DNA of 64,000 bases from positions 352,001-416,000 of the forward strand of contig OY821641.1 in NCBI GenBank assembly GCA_963555995.3, given 5' to 3'. A model generated the notes under the pieces. It worked only from the letters and a program-made list of their open reading frames with translations. It had not been told where the DNA came from and did not search any database. A program made the translations under genes and the position numbers. Source of the stretch: Vicinamibacteria bacterium (GTDB lineage Bacteria; Acidobacteriota; Vicinamibacteria; Marinacidobacterales; Marinacidobacteraceae). Positions 41,420-50,920 of the stretch are shown in pieces. Numbering within the stretch: position 1 is the first letter of the stretch; every line of letters starts with the position of its first letter.

Positions 41420-43051
41420 ATGACCTGGAGCCTCTGGACCGCACGCGGCGGCGCACTTGCGGTGCGCCCGCTGGCGTCCCTTCCCGGCGACGAAGCGCCT
41501 CGCTGGACCGACCGGACGCCTCCGGGCGGGCTCGGGACGACCGGCTCGCGGGGCGCGGAAGACCGGCTCGGCTGGGTGGACCTGCCGCTCACCGCCGACG
41601 GGGACATCCCGAAGGCCGTCCGCCTCCGCGAGGAGCTGCTCGCCGAGGGGTTCGAGCGCCTCGTGGTGGTGGCGATGGGCGGGTCCGCCCTCTGCCCCCG
41701 GGCGCTCGTCCGGGGACTTTCCCGGGGACGCGGACTCGCCGTGGAGTTCCTGGACAGCCTCGCACCGGAAGCGGTGCGGGAGACCCTCCGGCCCGGCCGC
41801 CTGCCGCGGACGGTGTTCCTGGTCGCCTCGAAGTCCGGAACGACGGTGGAGACCCGCGCCCTCGAGGCCGTGATCCTCGGGGCGCTCGGGGACGCGGGCG
41901 CCGACCCCGGCAGGCAGCTCCTCGCGGTCACCGATCCCGGCACGCCGCTCCACCGGTGGGCGGACCGGGCCGGCTATCGGGTCTGCTTCGCCGGGAGGCC
42001 GGACGTGGGGGGACGGTTCTCGGCGCTCAGCGCCTTCGGGCTGCTGCCGGCGGCCCTCGCCGGCTGCGCGCTGGAACCCGAACTGGCCGCCGTCCGCCGG
42101 TTGCGCGAGGGGCTGGACCGGGACGGCGGCGCGGGGGATCCGGCCTTCGCGCTGGGCGCGCTGCTGGCCCGGCTGCGGGCGGCGGGCCGCTGGCGGGCGG
42201 ACCTCTCCGCGGCTGCCGACCGCGCCGCGATGCTCCCCTGGCTGGAACAGCTCTTCTCGGAGAGCACCGGGAAGGCCGGAACCGGGATCCTGCCGGTGGT
42301 CCTGCCGCCGCCGCCCCGCCCGGCGAGTTCGGGCGGCGCGACGCTGTGCATCCACCTCGGCGCCGCCGCCGGCGAAGACCGGGAGCGGCTGGAGGCCGCC
42401 GCCCGCGCCGGGGTCCCGGTCCTCCACTGCCCGGCGGGGTCCGGGCTGCTGCCGGACATGTACCGCTGGCAGGTCGCGGTCTCGGTGGCCGCCTTCCGCA
42501 TGGGGGTGGACCCCTACGACCAGCCCGACGTCGAGGGCACCAAGGCAGCGGCGCGCCGGCTCGCCGAGGATCCGGGGGCCGTTCCCCGGCCCACCGCCGG
42601 GTCCGCCATCGCCCTCCGGGATTTCCTCACGTCCGCCGCGCCGGACGGGCTCGCGGTGAACGCCTTCGGCCCCCGGAACCCGGCGGTCGAGGCCGTGCTC
42701 CACGACTTCCAGCGACAGGTCGCCGCGCGCTTCGGCGCCGCTCCCGCGGTGGGGTTCGGGTCGGCGCTCCTCCACTCGCTGGGCCAGATCGAGAAGGGCG
42801 GCCCGCCGGACGTCGCCGTCCTGATGCTCACCTGGGACTCCGGGGCGGACATCGCCATCCCGTCGAGCCCCGAACTGCCGTCCGCGCTCGCCGGACTCGG
42901 GACCGGCGCCTTCGCCCGGCTCCAGGCCGCCGCCGACTACGAGGAACTGAAGCGCCGCGGCCGCCGCGTGCTCTGGCTGGACGCCGCGCTCCCCGGCGAA
43001 GCGGGCCTCGCCGCCCTCACGGCCCGGCTCGCGGACGCACAATCCCCCTGA
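41420..43051 (+). CDS. Glucose-6-phosphate isomerase-like SIS protein (Tal-Pgi C-terminal type)
   Basis: RLGWVD, MGGSAL, ASKSGTTVET, VTDPG, VGGRFSALS, EQLFSESTGK, PYDQPDVE and LHSLGQ. Confidence 0.8.
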   Translation: MTWSLWTARGGALAVRPLASLPGDEAPRWTDRTPPGGLGTTGSRGAEDRLGWVDLPLTADGDIPKAVRLREELLAEGFERLVVVAMGGSALCPRALVRGLSRGRGLAVEFLDSLAPEAVRETLRPGRLPRTVFLVASKSGTTVETRALEAVILGALGDAGADPGRQLLAVTDPGTPLHRWADRAGYRVCFAGRPDVGGRFSALSAFGLLPAALAGCALEPELAAVRRLREGLDRDGGAGDPAFALGALLARLRAAGRWRADLSAAADRAAMLPWLEQLFSESTGKAGTGILPVVLPPPPRPASSGGATLCIHLGAAAGEDRERLEAAARAGVPVLHCPAGSGLLPDMYRWQVAVSVAAFRMGVDPYDQPDVEGTKAAARRLAEDPGAVPRPTAGSAIALRDFLTSAAPDGLAVNAFGPRNPAVEAVLHDFQRQVAARFGAAPAVGFGSALLHSLGQIEKGGPPDVAVLMLTWDSGADIAIPSSPELPSALAGLGTGAFARLQAAADYEELKRRGRRVLWLDAALPGEAGLAALTARLADAQSP

Positions 43052-45876
43052 TGCCGTCCGACTACCCGGCGATCCGCCGGGAACACGAACGCCGCTACGG
43101 CACCGGGGTGGGGGAATACGGCGACACGCTGCTGCCGCACCGCTACGGCGACCGCACCCACTTCATCTACGAGCTGCTGCAGAACGCCGAGGACGCACTC
43201 GCGCGGCGGGAGGGCTGGACGGGCCCGCGCTCGGTCCGGTTCGAGGTGGGCCCGGCCGCGCTGCGGGTGCGCCACTTCGGCCTGCCCTTCGACGAGGCCG
43301 ACGTGCGGAGCATCTGCGGCATCGGGGAGAGCACCAAGGACCCGGAGCTGACCGAGATCGGCCGCTTCGGGATCGGCTTCAAGTCGGTGTACGCCTTCAC
43401 CGACCGGCCCGAGGTGCATTCCGGGCCGGAGGACTTCGCCATCGAGCACTACGTCCTGCCCGCGGCGGCGCCGGCCATCCCGCGCGACGCCGCAGAGACC
43501 GTGTTCGTGCTGCCGCTGCGGACGCCCGCCGACGCCGCCGAGATCCGGGAGGCGGTGCGGCGCCTCGCTCCCCGCGCCCTCCTCTTCCTCCGCGAGATCG
43601 AGGAGATCGAGTGGCGGGTCGAGGACGGCGCCTCGGGCCTCTACCTCCGGGAGACGGAGGACGCGGGCGGCGGCGCGCGGCGGGTCACCCTCGTCGGGGA
43701 GGCCGACGGCCAGCGCGAGACGCGGCAGACCTGGCTGGTGTTCGCCCGCGCGCTGCCGGTCCCGCCCGGCGGCGCGCCGCGGCATGTCGAGGCCGCCTTC
43801 CGCCTGGGCGAGGAGGGCCGCCCGGAGCGGGTCCCCGAGCGCGACGCGCCCCTCTACGCCTTCTTCCCCACCACGCTCCCGACCGGCCTCCGCTTCCGGG
43901 TGCAGGGGCCGTTCCGCACTACGCTGGCGCGCGACAACGTGCCCGCCGGGGACCCCTGGAACGAGCGCCTGATCCGGGAGACCGCCGGGGTCCTCGAGGA
44001 AGCGCTCCGCTGGCTGCGCGATCACAAGCTGCTGGACGCGGAGGCGCTCCGCTGCCTGCCGCTCGACCGGGACCGGTTCCCGGACGGGTCGCTCTTCGCG
44101 CCGCTCCGCGAGGCGGCCTCCCGCGCGCTCCGCGCGGAGCCCCTGCTGCCCCGCCTGGGCGGCGGGTTCGTCGCCGGGGAGGCCGCTCGCCTCGCGAGCC
44201 CCCGCTGGCTGCGCGAGCTGCTGGACCACGGCCAGTTGGAGGCGCTCTTCCCGGAGGCGGGAGGCGCGGGGTGGCTGACGGCGGACGTGCCGCTGGCGCG
44301 CACCGACGAACTGAGCCGGACGCTCCAGGACGAGGTCGGGGTGCGGCTGCTGCGGCTGGACACCGTCCTGCGCCGGCTCGACACGGCGTTCCTGGAGGCG
44401 CAGACCGACGCGTGGGTGCGGCGGCTCTACGAGGCGTTCGCCGAACACCGGCTGGTCGGGCGGCGGGTCGCCGGGATCCCCCTGGTCCGGCTGCGGGACG
44501 GCGCCCACGTGCCGCCGCTGGTGGTGGGGCGTCCCGCCGCCTTCCTGCCGGGACCGCCCGGCGGGGCGCCCCCCGACGTGCCCGTGGTGCGCGAGGCCGT
44601 CCTCGAGTCGGCAGCGGCCCGGAAGTACCTGCGCGAACTCGGCCTCGAGGAACTGGACCCGCTGGAGCTGGCGATCCGCCGGGTGCTGCCCCGCTACCGG
44701 TCGGGGGCCGCCGCGCCCGCGGACGCCGACTACGCCCGGGACCTCCGGGACCTGGTCCGCGCCCACCGGGCCGGGTCGCCCGCGGGCCGGCGGCGGCTGG
44801 AGGGCGAACTGCGGCGGTTGCCCTTCGTCCGCACGGTGCACGCCGAGAGCGGGGATCGAGCGCTCTCCCGGCCGGGGGACGCCCTGCTGGCGACGGCGGC
44901 GCAGCGCGCGCTCTTCGCCGGGCTGCGCGCGGTCCGTTTCGTGGACGACGACTGCGAGGCGCTCCGGGGGGAAGGGGCGCAGAACCTGCTCCGCGCCTGC
45001 GGCGTCCGCGCGCCGCTGGAGCCGTTCCCGGAGAAACCGGAGCTCACCCCGGCGGACCGGGAGGAGGTCCGCGGCCGGGCGGCGGGCGCGGACCCGGAGG
45101 GAGGGATCGCCTGCATCGAGGACTGGAACCTCCAGGGGCTCGACGCGCTGCTCGCCGGGGTGGCCGGGATGTCCCCGGCGGAGCGCGAGCGGCGGCGGGA
45201 CCTGCTGCGGAGCGAGCTCGAACGGCTCCGCGACGTCCACGATCTCGCCGTCCGCACCGGCAAGTACGAGTGCGACGGGCGGGACGGGAACCAGGTCGCG
45301 GTGCAGACCCCCGCCGCCTGGATGCGCCGCCTCACCGGCAGCGACTGGGCGCCGGAGGCGCGTCCGCTGGTCCAGATCGGCCCGCCGGACCCGGCCCGGA
45401 AGCCCGCGCCGGCCGCCGGGCGCGGCAGCCGCGCTGCCTCGCGGGGGCGTCGCGACGGACCGCCGGTCGCCGTTCGTCCCGGCGACGAGGCGCGGGACGC
45501 TCCCGACCCGGCCGAGCGGGGGCGGCGCCTGGAGGTGGAGGCGAAGGCCGTCGCCCTCATCCTGGAGCGCGAGTCCTGGCGCCGTGCGGAGGAGGACAAC
45601 CCGGGCTTCGACCTCTTCCGCGAGGACCCGGACGGAAGGAAGACCCTCTTCTGCGAGGTGAAGGGCCTGAGCGGCAGCCTCGACGACCACCCCGCGCGGC
45701 TCACCCCGGAGGAACTCCGCCGCGCCCTCGAACACGGCGAGAACTACTGGCTGTACATCGTCGAACACCTGGCCGGCGACGCGCCGCGGGTCGTCCGCAT
45801 CCAGGACCCGGCGCGCGCCGCCGCCCGCTTCGCCTTCGGCCCCGAGTGGCGGGCGCTGAGCCGGCCGCCTCCCTGA
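43051..45876 (+). CDS. Sacsin/NO VEIN-like GHKL ATPase with C-terminal DUF3883-like nuclease domain
   Basis: YELLQNAEDA, ICGIGESTK and IGRFGIGFKSVY; C-terminal NPGFDL..CEVKG..LTPEE..YWLYIV. Confidence 0.85.
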   Translation: MPSDYPAIRREHERRYGTGVGEYGDTLLPHRYGDRTHFIYELLQNAEDALARREGWTGPRSVRFEVGPAALRVRHFGLPFDEADVRSICGIGESTKDPELTEIGRFGIGFKSVYAFTDRPEVHSGPEDFAIEHYVLPAAAPAIPRDAAETVFVLPLRTPADAAEIREAVRRLAPRALLFLREIEEIEWRVEDGASGLYLRETEDAGGGARRVTLVGEADGQRETRQTWLVFARALPVPPGGAPRHVEAAFRLGEEGRPERVPERDAPLYAFFPTTLPTGLRFRVQGPFRTTLARDNVPAGDPWNERLIRETAGVLEEALRWLRDHKLLDAEALRCLPLDRDRFPDGSLFAPLREAASRALRAEPLLPRLGGGFVAGEAARLASPRWLRELLDHGQLEALFPEAGGAGWLTADVPLARTDELSRTLQDEVGVRLLRLDTVLRRLDTAFLEAQTDAWVRRLYEAFAEHRLVGRRVAGIPLVRLRDGAHVPPLVVGRPAAFLPGPPGGAPPDVPVVREAVLESAAARKYLRELGLEELDPLELAIRRVLPRYRSGAAAPADADYARDLRDLVRAHRAGSPAGRRRLEGELRRLPFVRTVHAESGDRALSRPGDALLATAAQRALFAGLRAVRFVDDDCEALRGEGAQNLLRACGVRAPLEPFPEKPELTPADREEVRGRAAGADPEGGIACIEDWNLQGLDALLAGVAGMSPAERERRRDLLRSELERLRDVHDLAVRTGKYECDGRDGNQVAVQTPAAWMRRLTGSDWAPEARPLVQIGPPDPARKPAPAAGRGSRAASRGRRDGPPVAVRPGDEARDAPDPAERGRRLEVEAKAVALILERESWRRAEEDNPGFDLFREDPDGRKTLFCEVKGLSGSLDDHPARLTPEELRRALEHGENYWLYIVEHLAGDAPRVVRIQDPARAAARFAFGPEWRALSRPPP

Positions 45877-45878
45877 GG

Positions 45879-47282
45879 ATGTCCGATCTGTGTTCCGCCG
45901 CGGCGGGTGAGCTGGTCCGGCTCATCGCCAGCCGCGAGGCATCCGTGGTCGAGGTGATGAAGGCGCACCTGGCGCGGATCGAGGAGGGGAACCCGCGCCT
46001 GAACGCCATCGTCACACTCCTGCCGGAGGAGACGCTGCTCGCGGCGGCGGCGAGGGCCGACGCGGCGGTGGCCGCGGGCGACCCGCTGGGGCCGCTCCAC
46101 GGGCTCCCGGTCGCCCACAAGGACCTGACGCTCACCCGGGGCATCCGGACGACCTTCGGGTCGCCGCTCTTCGCGGACTTCGTCCCCGAGGAGGACGCGC
46201 TGCTCGTGGAGCGGCTGCGGGCGGCGGGGGCCATCACCATCGGCAAGACGAACACCCCCGAGTTCGGCGCGGGTTCCCAGACGTTCAACGCGGTCTTCGG
46301 CCCCACCCGCAACCCGCACGACGAGACGAAGACCTGCGGCGGGAGCAGCGGGGGCGCGGCGGTGGCGCTCGCCTCGGGGATGGTGCCGATCGCGGACGGC
46401 AGCGACTACGGCGGCTCGCTGCGGAACCCGGCCAGCTTCTGCGGGGTGGTCGGGTTCCGGCCCTCGCCCGGGCGGGTGCCCGTCTGGCCCGACGAGACCC
46501 CCTGGTTCCCGGTCCCGGTGCAGGGGCCGATGGCCCGGAGCGTCAGCGATGCGGCGCTGATGCTGAGCGCCATCGCGGGGCCGGACCCGCGCGCGCCGCT
46601 CTCGCTGGCGGACCCGGGAGAGGTCTTCCGGCGGCCGCTCGACCGGGACTTCGGGAGCGTCCGGGTGGCGTGGAGCGCCGACTTCGGCGGCGTGCCGTTC
46701 GATCCGCGGGTCCCGGCGGCGCTCGCCCCGGCGCGCGGCGCGCTGGAGCGGATCGGGTGCGCGGTCGAGGACGCCGAGCCGGACATGAGCGGAGCGGACA
46801 TCGCGTTCGACCGCTGGCGGGCGTGGTACTTCGAACTCAACTGGGGTCCGCTCCTCGACCGCCACCGGGAGTCCATGAAGGAAACGGTCATCTGGAACAT
46901 CGAGCGGGGCAGGGAGCTCGGTGCCTCGGACCTCGCCGAGGCCACCCGCCGCTGGACGGCGCTCCTGCGGCGGGCGGGCAAGTTCTTCGAGCGCTACGAG
47001 TTCCTGGCGCTGCCGGTCTCCCAGGTGCCGCCGTTCGATATCGGCATCGAGTATCCGACGGAGATCGCCGGGGTCCCGATGCGGACGTACACGGACTGGA
47101 TGGCGTCCTGCGCCTGGGTGTCGCTGCTCGGCTGTCCGGCCGTCTCGGTGCCGGCCGGGACCACGCCCGAGGGCCTCCCCGTGGGCCTCCAGATCGTCGG
47201 CCGGCCCCGCGACGATTTCGGGGTCCTCCAGCTCGCCCACGCGCTGGAGCGGGCGTTGCCGGGTTCTGGCAAGATGGCGTGA
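45879..47282 (+). CDS. Amidase signature family protein
   Basis: HKDL, GKTNTPEFG, GGSSGG and GSDYGGSLRNPA. Confidence 0.95.
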   Translation: MSDLCSAAAGELVRLIASREASVVEVMKAHLARIEEGNPRLNAIVTLLPEETLLAAAARADAAVAAGDPLGPLHGLPVAHKDLTLTRGIRTTFGSPLFADFVPEEDALLVERLRAAGAITIGKTNTPEFGAGSQTFNAVFGPTRNPHDETKTCGGSSGGAAVALASGMVPIADGSDYGGSLRNPASFCGVVGFRPSPGRVPVWPDETPWFPVPVQGPMARSVSDAALMLSAIAGPDPRAPLSLADPGEVFRRPLDRDFGSVRVAWSADFGGVPFDPRVPAALAPARGALERIGCAVEDAEPDMSGADIAFDRWRAWYFELNWGPLLDRHRESMKETVIWNIERGRELGASDLAEATRRWTALLRRAGKFFERYEFLALPVSQVPPFDIGIEYPTEIAGVPMRTYTDWMASCAWVSLLGCPAVSVPAGTTPEGLPVGLQIVGRPRDDFGVLQLAHALERALPGSGKMA

Positions 47283-47296
47283 CGGAGGAACGACAC

Positions 47297-48376
47297 ATGA
47301 CGGTTCGGAATCCGGAGCGGCTCGCTCCCCTCGCGCTCTTCGCCCTCCTGGCCGCCTGCGGCGCCCCGCCGCCCGCGGCAGACCCGCCGCCTCCGGGCGC
47401 CGCCGCCCACGAGGGCTCGGCCTTCGAGATCACCGAGGTGCGTCCCGGCATCTGGCACGCCGTCGGCGCCGGCGCCATGAACGTCGGCGCCAACGCGGCG
47501 ATCGTGGACCTCGGCGAGTCGCTGCTGCTGGTGGACTCGCACATCACCCCGGCGGCGGCGTGGGTGCTGCTCCAGGAGCTTTCGCCGCTGACCCCCAAGC
47601 CGGTCCGCTACGTGGTGAACACCCACTTCCACTTCGACCACATCCACGGGAACCAGGTCTTCGGCGACGAGGTGGAGATCCTCGGGCACGAGGCCACCTA
47701 CGACGTGGTCGCCGCCGGCGGCTCGAACTCCGGGACCGCCTGGGACGCGTTCGTGGGCACGCTCCCGGAGCAGATCGCGACGCTCGAGAGCCGGCTGGAG
47801 GCGGCAGCGGAGGCCGACCGCGCCGAGATCGCGGACGCCCTGGCGCGGACCCGGGCCTACCAGGAAGCGACCGCGAGCATCACCCCGGTACCGCCGACCA
47901 TCACCCTGGAGCGCCGGATGACCCTCCACCGGGGCGGCCACGAGATCCAGTTGCTGTTCCTGGGGCTCGGCCACACCGCCGGGGACGTGGTGACGTTTCT
48001 GCCCGAACAGAAGGTCCTCATCACCGGCGACCTGGTCCCCTTCGGCCTGCCCTTCATGGGCGACGGATACCCGGAATGGGGCGAGACCATCCGTCAGTTC
48101 GCCGAGCTCGACTTCGACCTGGTGCTCCCCGGCCACGGCCCGCCCTTCGAGGACAAGGCGAAGCTCGGGTACCTCGCCGCCTACCTCGACGACTTCTGGA
48201 CCCAGGCCGAGGCCGCCCACGCCGACGGCGTCTCCGCCGAGGAAGCCGCCGCGAACCTGGACCTCACCGCCCACGCCGAGCACTTCCCCTCGGTCACCGC
48301 ACCGGGAGCCCCCCAGATCGCCGTCGAGCGCGCCTACCGCCTCTTCAACGCCCGCGCCCTCACCCCCCAGCAGTAA
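47297..48376 (+). CDS. MBL-fold metallo-hydrolase lipoprotein
   Basis: LAAC lipobox; NTHFHFDHIHGN, GHTAGD, TGDL and PGHG. Confidence 0.9.
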   Translation: MTVRNPERLAPLALFALLAACGAPPPAADPPPPGAAAHEGSAFEITEVRPGIWHAVGAGAMNVGANAAIVDLGESLLLVDSHITPAAAWVLLQELSPLTPKPVRYVVNTHFHFDHIHGNQVFGDEVEILGHEATYDVVAAGGSNSGTAWDAFVGTLPEQIATLESRLEAAAEADRAEIADALARTRAYQEATASITPVPPTITLERRMTLHRGGHEIQLLFLGLGHTAGDVVTFLPEQKVLITGDLVPFGLPFMGDGYPEWGETIRQFAELDFDLVLPGHGPPFEDKAKLGYLAAYLDDFWTQAEAAHADGVSAEEAAANLDLTAHAEHFPSVTAPGAPQIAVERAYRLFNARALTPQQ

Positions 48377-48393
48377 CGACGCGCGGGACGGCC

Positions 48394-48610
48394 GGGAGCG
48401 CCGGCTTCAGCCGGCACAGCCCTCATCCGCCACGATGGCGCAAGGGCTTGGAGCGCCGGCTTCAGCCGGCACCCGCGGCGCGAAGCGCAGCGGACGGCAC
48501 GACGCTGGCGCGCCCGACGGCGTTCGGCTCTCCGTCCTTCACCGCGCACCGCGGCACGACATCCGCGAGCCTTCGGCTCGCTGTGCCGGCTGAAGCCGGC
48601 GCTCCAAGCC
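48394..48610. repeat. REP plus REPIN-like inverted doublet (48448-48607)
   Basis: TTGGAGCGCCGGC-TTCA-GCCGGCAC ... GTGCCGGC-TGAA-GCCGGCGCTCCAA. Confidence 0.88.
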
Positions 48611-48627
48611 GTTTCCGCCGTTCCCGG

Positions 48628-49320
48628 CTACGGTGCGCGGAACCCGGCCTCCCGGTGCGAGCCGTCGCAGAACGGCTTGTTCTTCGAGTGCCCGCACCGG
48701 CAGAGCTTCCCCCGGTCCAGCGTGACCCGCGCACCCCCGCGCCCCGAGATGGCGAGCGGACCGCGAAAAGCCAGCGGGCCGTTCGGATAGGGCGTGAAAC
48801 GAACCGGAGCCGCCTCCTCGGCGACCGCCGGCGCCGGTTCGGAGCGGGGCGCGACCGCGGCCTCGCAGCGGAATCCGACGCGGGCATGCGACTCGTCGCA
48901 GAGCGGCTTGTTCTCCGAAGCTCCGCACCGGCAGAACGCGACCCGCGTGTCCTTCACGACCTCCGCGCCCGGCGCCGCCTCGATCTCGAGGTCGCCGCGG
49001 ACGTAGTACGGACCATCCGGGGTGATGGAGGCCGAGTTCTTCTTCTGCGGTTCCTCGGGCAGGATGGTTGCAGCCGCCGCGGCGCCCTTCTCGATCTTCC
49101 GGTCGCTGGGCGGCGCCATGCGGAGCGCCCCGGTGGGACAGCCCAGCACGACCCGCTCGACACGTTTCGGATCGGCTTCGTCCGGGAGGATCCAGGGACG
49201 GCGCGAGACATCGAACACCTGCGGCAGCCCCCGCACGCAGACCTCGGAATGGATGCAGCGGTGGGCGTCGAACGTGACCGAAGCCCGATCGCCCCGGTAG
49301 TGGCGCACCTGACTCTTCAT
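48628..49320 (-). CDS. CDGSH iron-sulfur domain protein with N-terminal ferredoxin-like (Fer4_19) domain
   Basis: CIHSEVC..CPTGAL; CRCGASENKPLCDESH and CRCGHSKNKPFCDGSH. Confidence 0.92.
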   Translation of the reverse strand: MKSQVRHYRGDRASVTFDAHRCIHSEVCVRGLPQVFDVSRRPWILPDEADPKRVERVVLGCPTGALRMAPPSDRKIEKGAAAAATILPEEPQKKNSASITPDGPYYVRGDLEIEAAPGAEVVKDTRVAFCRCGASENKPLCDESHARVGFRCEAAVAPRSEPAPAVAEEAAPVRFTPYPNGPLAFRGPLAISGRGGARVTLDRGKLCRCGHSKNKPFCDGSHREAGFRAP

Positions 49321-49334
49321 GGGCCTCCCGGCTC

Positions 49335-49859
49335 TTAGCCGCCGAGGAGCGCCGCGGCCGCCCGCTCCAGGAGCGGCTGCAGCAGCGCCCCGATGACCAG
49401 CAGGCTGATTCCGGCGGCGACGGCGGCCAGCACCCGGCGGCGGGTCCAGGCGGCGGCCTCGCTCCGTTCCTGGATCCGGCTGACGATCGCGATGATCTGC
49501 CGATTCGACTCTTCGAGCGCGGCGAACCGGGCGTTCATCTCGGCGCGGAGTTGACGTTGCGATGCTTCGAGCCTGTCAAACCCTTGGTGCATCTCCTCAC
49601 GAAGGCGATCGAGTTCGGTCTTCTCGGCCAGTCTCCCCCGCTGCGCGGCTGCCTCCTTCAGGCCGTCCCACAACTCCTGCCGGAGCTGCTTGATGTCCCT
49701 CCGGTTCTCGCGGACGTCCTCGTGGAGGCCGTCGAGCCGTCCGTGGAGCAGGTTCAGCCCCTCGGTGAGCCGGCGGTCGAGCGCCAGGGTCGCCCCGTCC
49801 GCCGCCGTCCCGTTCACGGACCGGTCCCTGAACAGCCTGTGCCGAAAGTCACGCGGCAT
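49335..49859 (-). CDS. Coiled-coil protein with C-terminal TM helix (start uncertain)
   Basis: RLDGLHEDVRENRRDIKQLRQEL..LREEMHQGFDRLE heptads; VLAAVAAGISLLVIGALL. Confidence 0.65.
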   Translation of the reverse strand: MPRDFRHRLFRDRSVNGTAADGATLALDRRLTEGLNLLHGRLDGLHEDVRENRRDIKQLRQELWDGLKEAAAQRGRLAEKTELDRLREEMHQGFDRLEASQRQLRAEMNARFAALEESNRQIIAIVSRIQERSEAAAWTRRRVLAAVAAGISLLVIGALLQPLLERAAAALLGG

Positions 49860-49993
49860 TCGAACGCCGATGCATCCCGGCTGAACCGGGCCGCTGGGCG
49901 GCCCTCATCGTTGCGCTTCAGTCGGAATACACCCGGTATTCCTCCCTCGCGCGCCTTGTCAGCCGGGCGCCTCGCCGCTCTCGGTGCTCGCGT

Positions 49994-50013
49994 CACTTTC
50001 ACCACAGGCTGTT
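49994..50013 (+). mobile_element. Solo IS1182-like terminal inverted repeat
   Basis: CACTTTCACCACAGGCTGTT is identical to 12355-12374. Confidence 0.75.
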
Positions 50014-50097
50014 TCCATCGCGAACCGCAGTGTAGGGCGCTTTGGGAGCCGCGGCAACGGTCGCGGAGATCGCGGGTTTCTTGTTGGGCTGGTTCAC

Positions 50098-50200
50098 GTA
50101 GCAGTCCTCCATGGACTACAGACGTAAATCGCGCCGAATTTTTCCCACCCGGGCCCGGAATGTGGAAAAGTCGAAGCGAAGCGGCACTTCCGGAGGTGCT
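50098..50200 (-). promoter_or_regulatory. Conserved upstream cassette, copy 2
   Basis: Reverse complement matches 1612-1691 and the TGGAGGA RBS before GTG 50097. Confidence 0.7.
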
Positions 50201-50877
50201 TATGTCGCCGCCGCCGCCTTCCGCGCCGCCCGCAGGGCGTGGATGTGCTCGTACATGTACCAGACGCCGATGCTCCGGAACGGCCGCCAGCCGTCGCTGA
50301 TCCGCGCGTACTCCGCGGGCGGCGCATCCTCCGGCAGCGCGTAGAGGTCCCGCATCGCGAAGAGCACTGCGGCATCCCCCGGCGCGAACACGTCCGGCCG
50401 GTTCTGCGTGAAGATGAGGTGCATGTCGGCGGTCCAGTTGCCGATGCCCTTGACGGCGGTGAGTGCGCCGCGCACCGCGTCGTCCTCCATGGTTTCGAGC
50501 GCCCGGAGATCCAGCTCCCCGCTCTCGACGCGCGAGGCCAGGTCGCGCAGGTAGGCGATCTTCTGTCGCGAGAGCCCGACCCGCCGGAGCGTCGCTTCCC
50601 GCCGCTTCAGGATGTCCCGCGGCCCCGGGGGCCGCCCCCGGGTCAGCGCCCAGAGCCGCTTGTGGATCGACCGGGCCGCCGCCGCCGAGATCTGCTGGGC
50701 CACGATGGCGCCCACCAGCGTCCCGAACACGTTGGGGCGGGGGACGAGGGTGCAGGGGCCGATCCGGCCGATCAGGGCGCGGAGGACCGGGTCATGACCC
50801 GACAGGTGGCGGGTCGCCCCGGACCAGTCGGGCTTCCCTTCGCGGCCGGAGGCCCACGGTCCGTCCTCGGTCGTCAT
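50200..50877 (-). CDS. DNA-3-methyladenine glycosylase (AlkA/HhH-GPD)
   Basis: IVAQQISAAAA, GLSRQKIAY, VKGIGNWTAD and WRPFRS. Confidence 0.9.
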   Translation of the reverse strand: MTTEDGPWASGREGKPDWSGATRHLSGHDPVLRALIGRIGPCTLVPRPNVFGTLVGAIVAQQISAAAARSIHKRLWALTRGRPPGPRDILKRREATLRRVGLSRQKIAYLRDLASRVESGELDLRALETMEDDAVRGALTAVKGIGNWTADMHLIFTQNRPDVFAPGDAAVLFAMRDLYALPEDAPPAEYARISDGWRPFRSIGVWYMYEHIHALRAARKAAAAT

Positions 50878-50920
50878 GGGCGGCGGAGTCTAGTAGCCGG
50901 GCGGTGCGATACTGCGGAAC

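Noticed and set aside
41254-43050. N-terminal 600 aa of the 1540-aa ORF
   Set aside because: Low-complexity Arg/Gly/Pro read-through overlapping the pgi-like gene; the real start is ATG 43051. The same applies to 43611 (amidase starts at 45879) and 50239 (lipoprotein starts at 52021).
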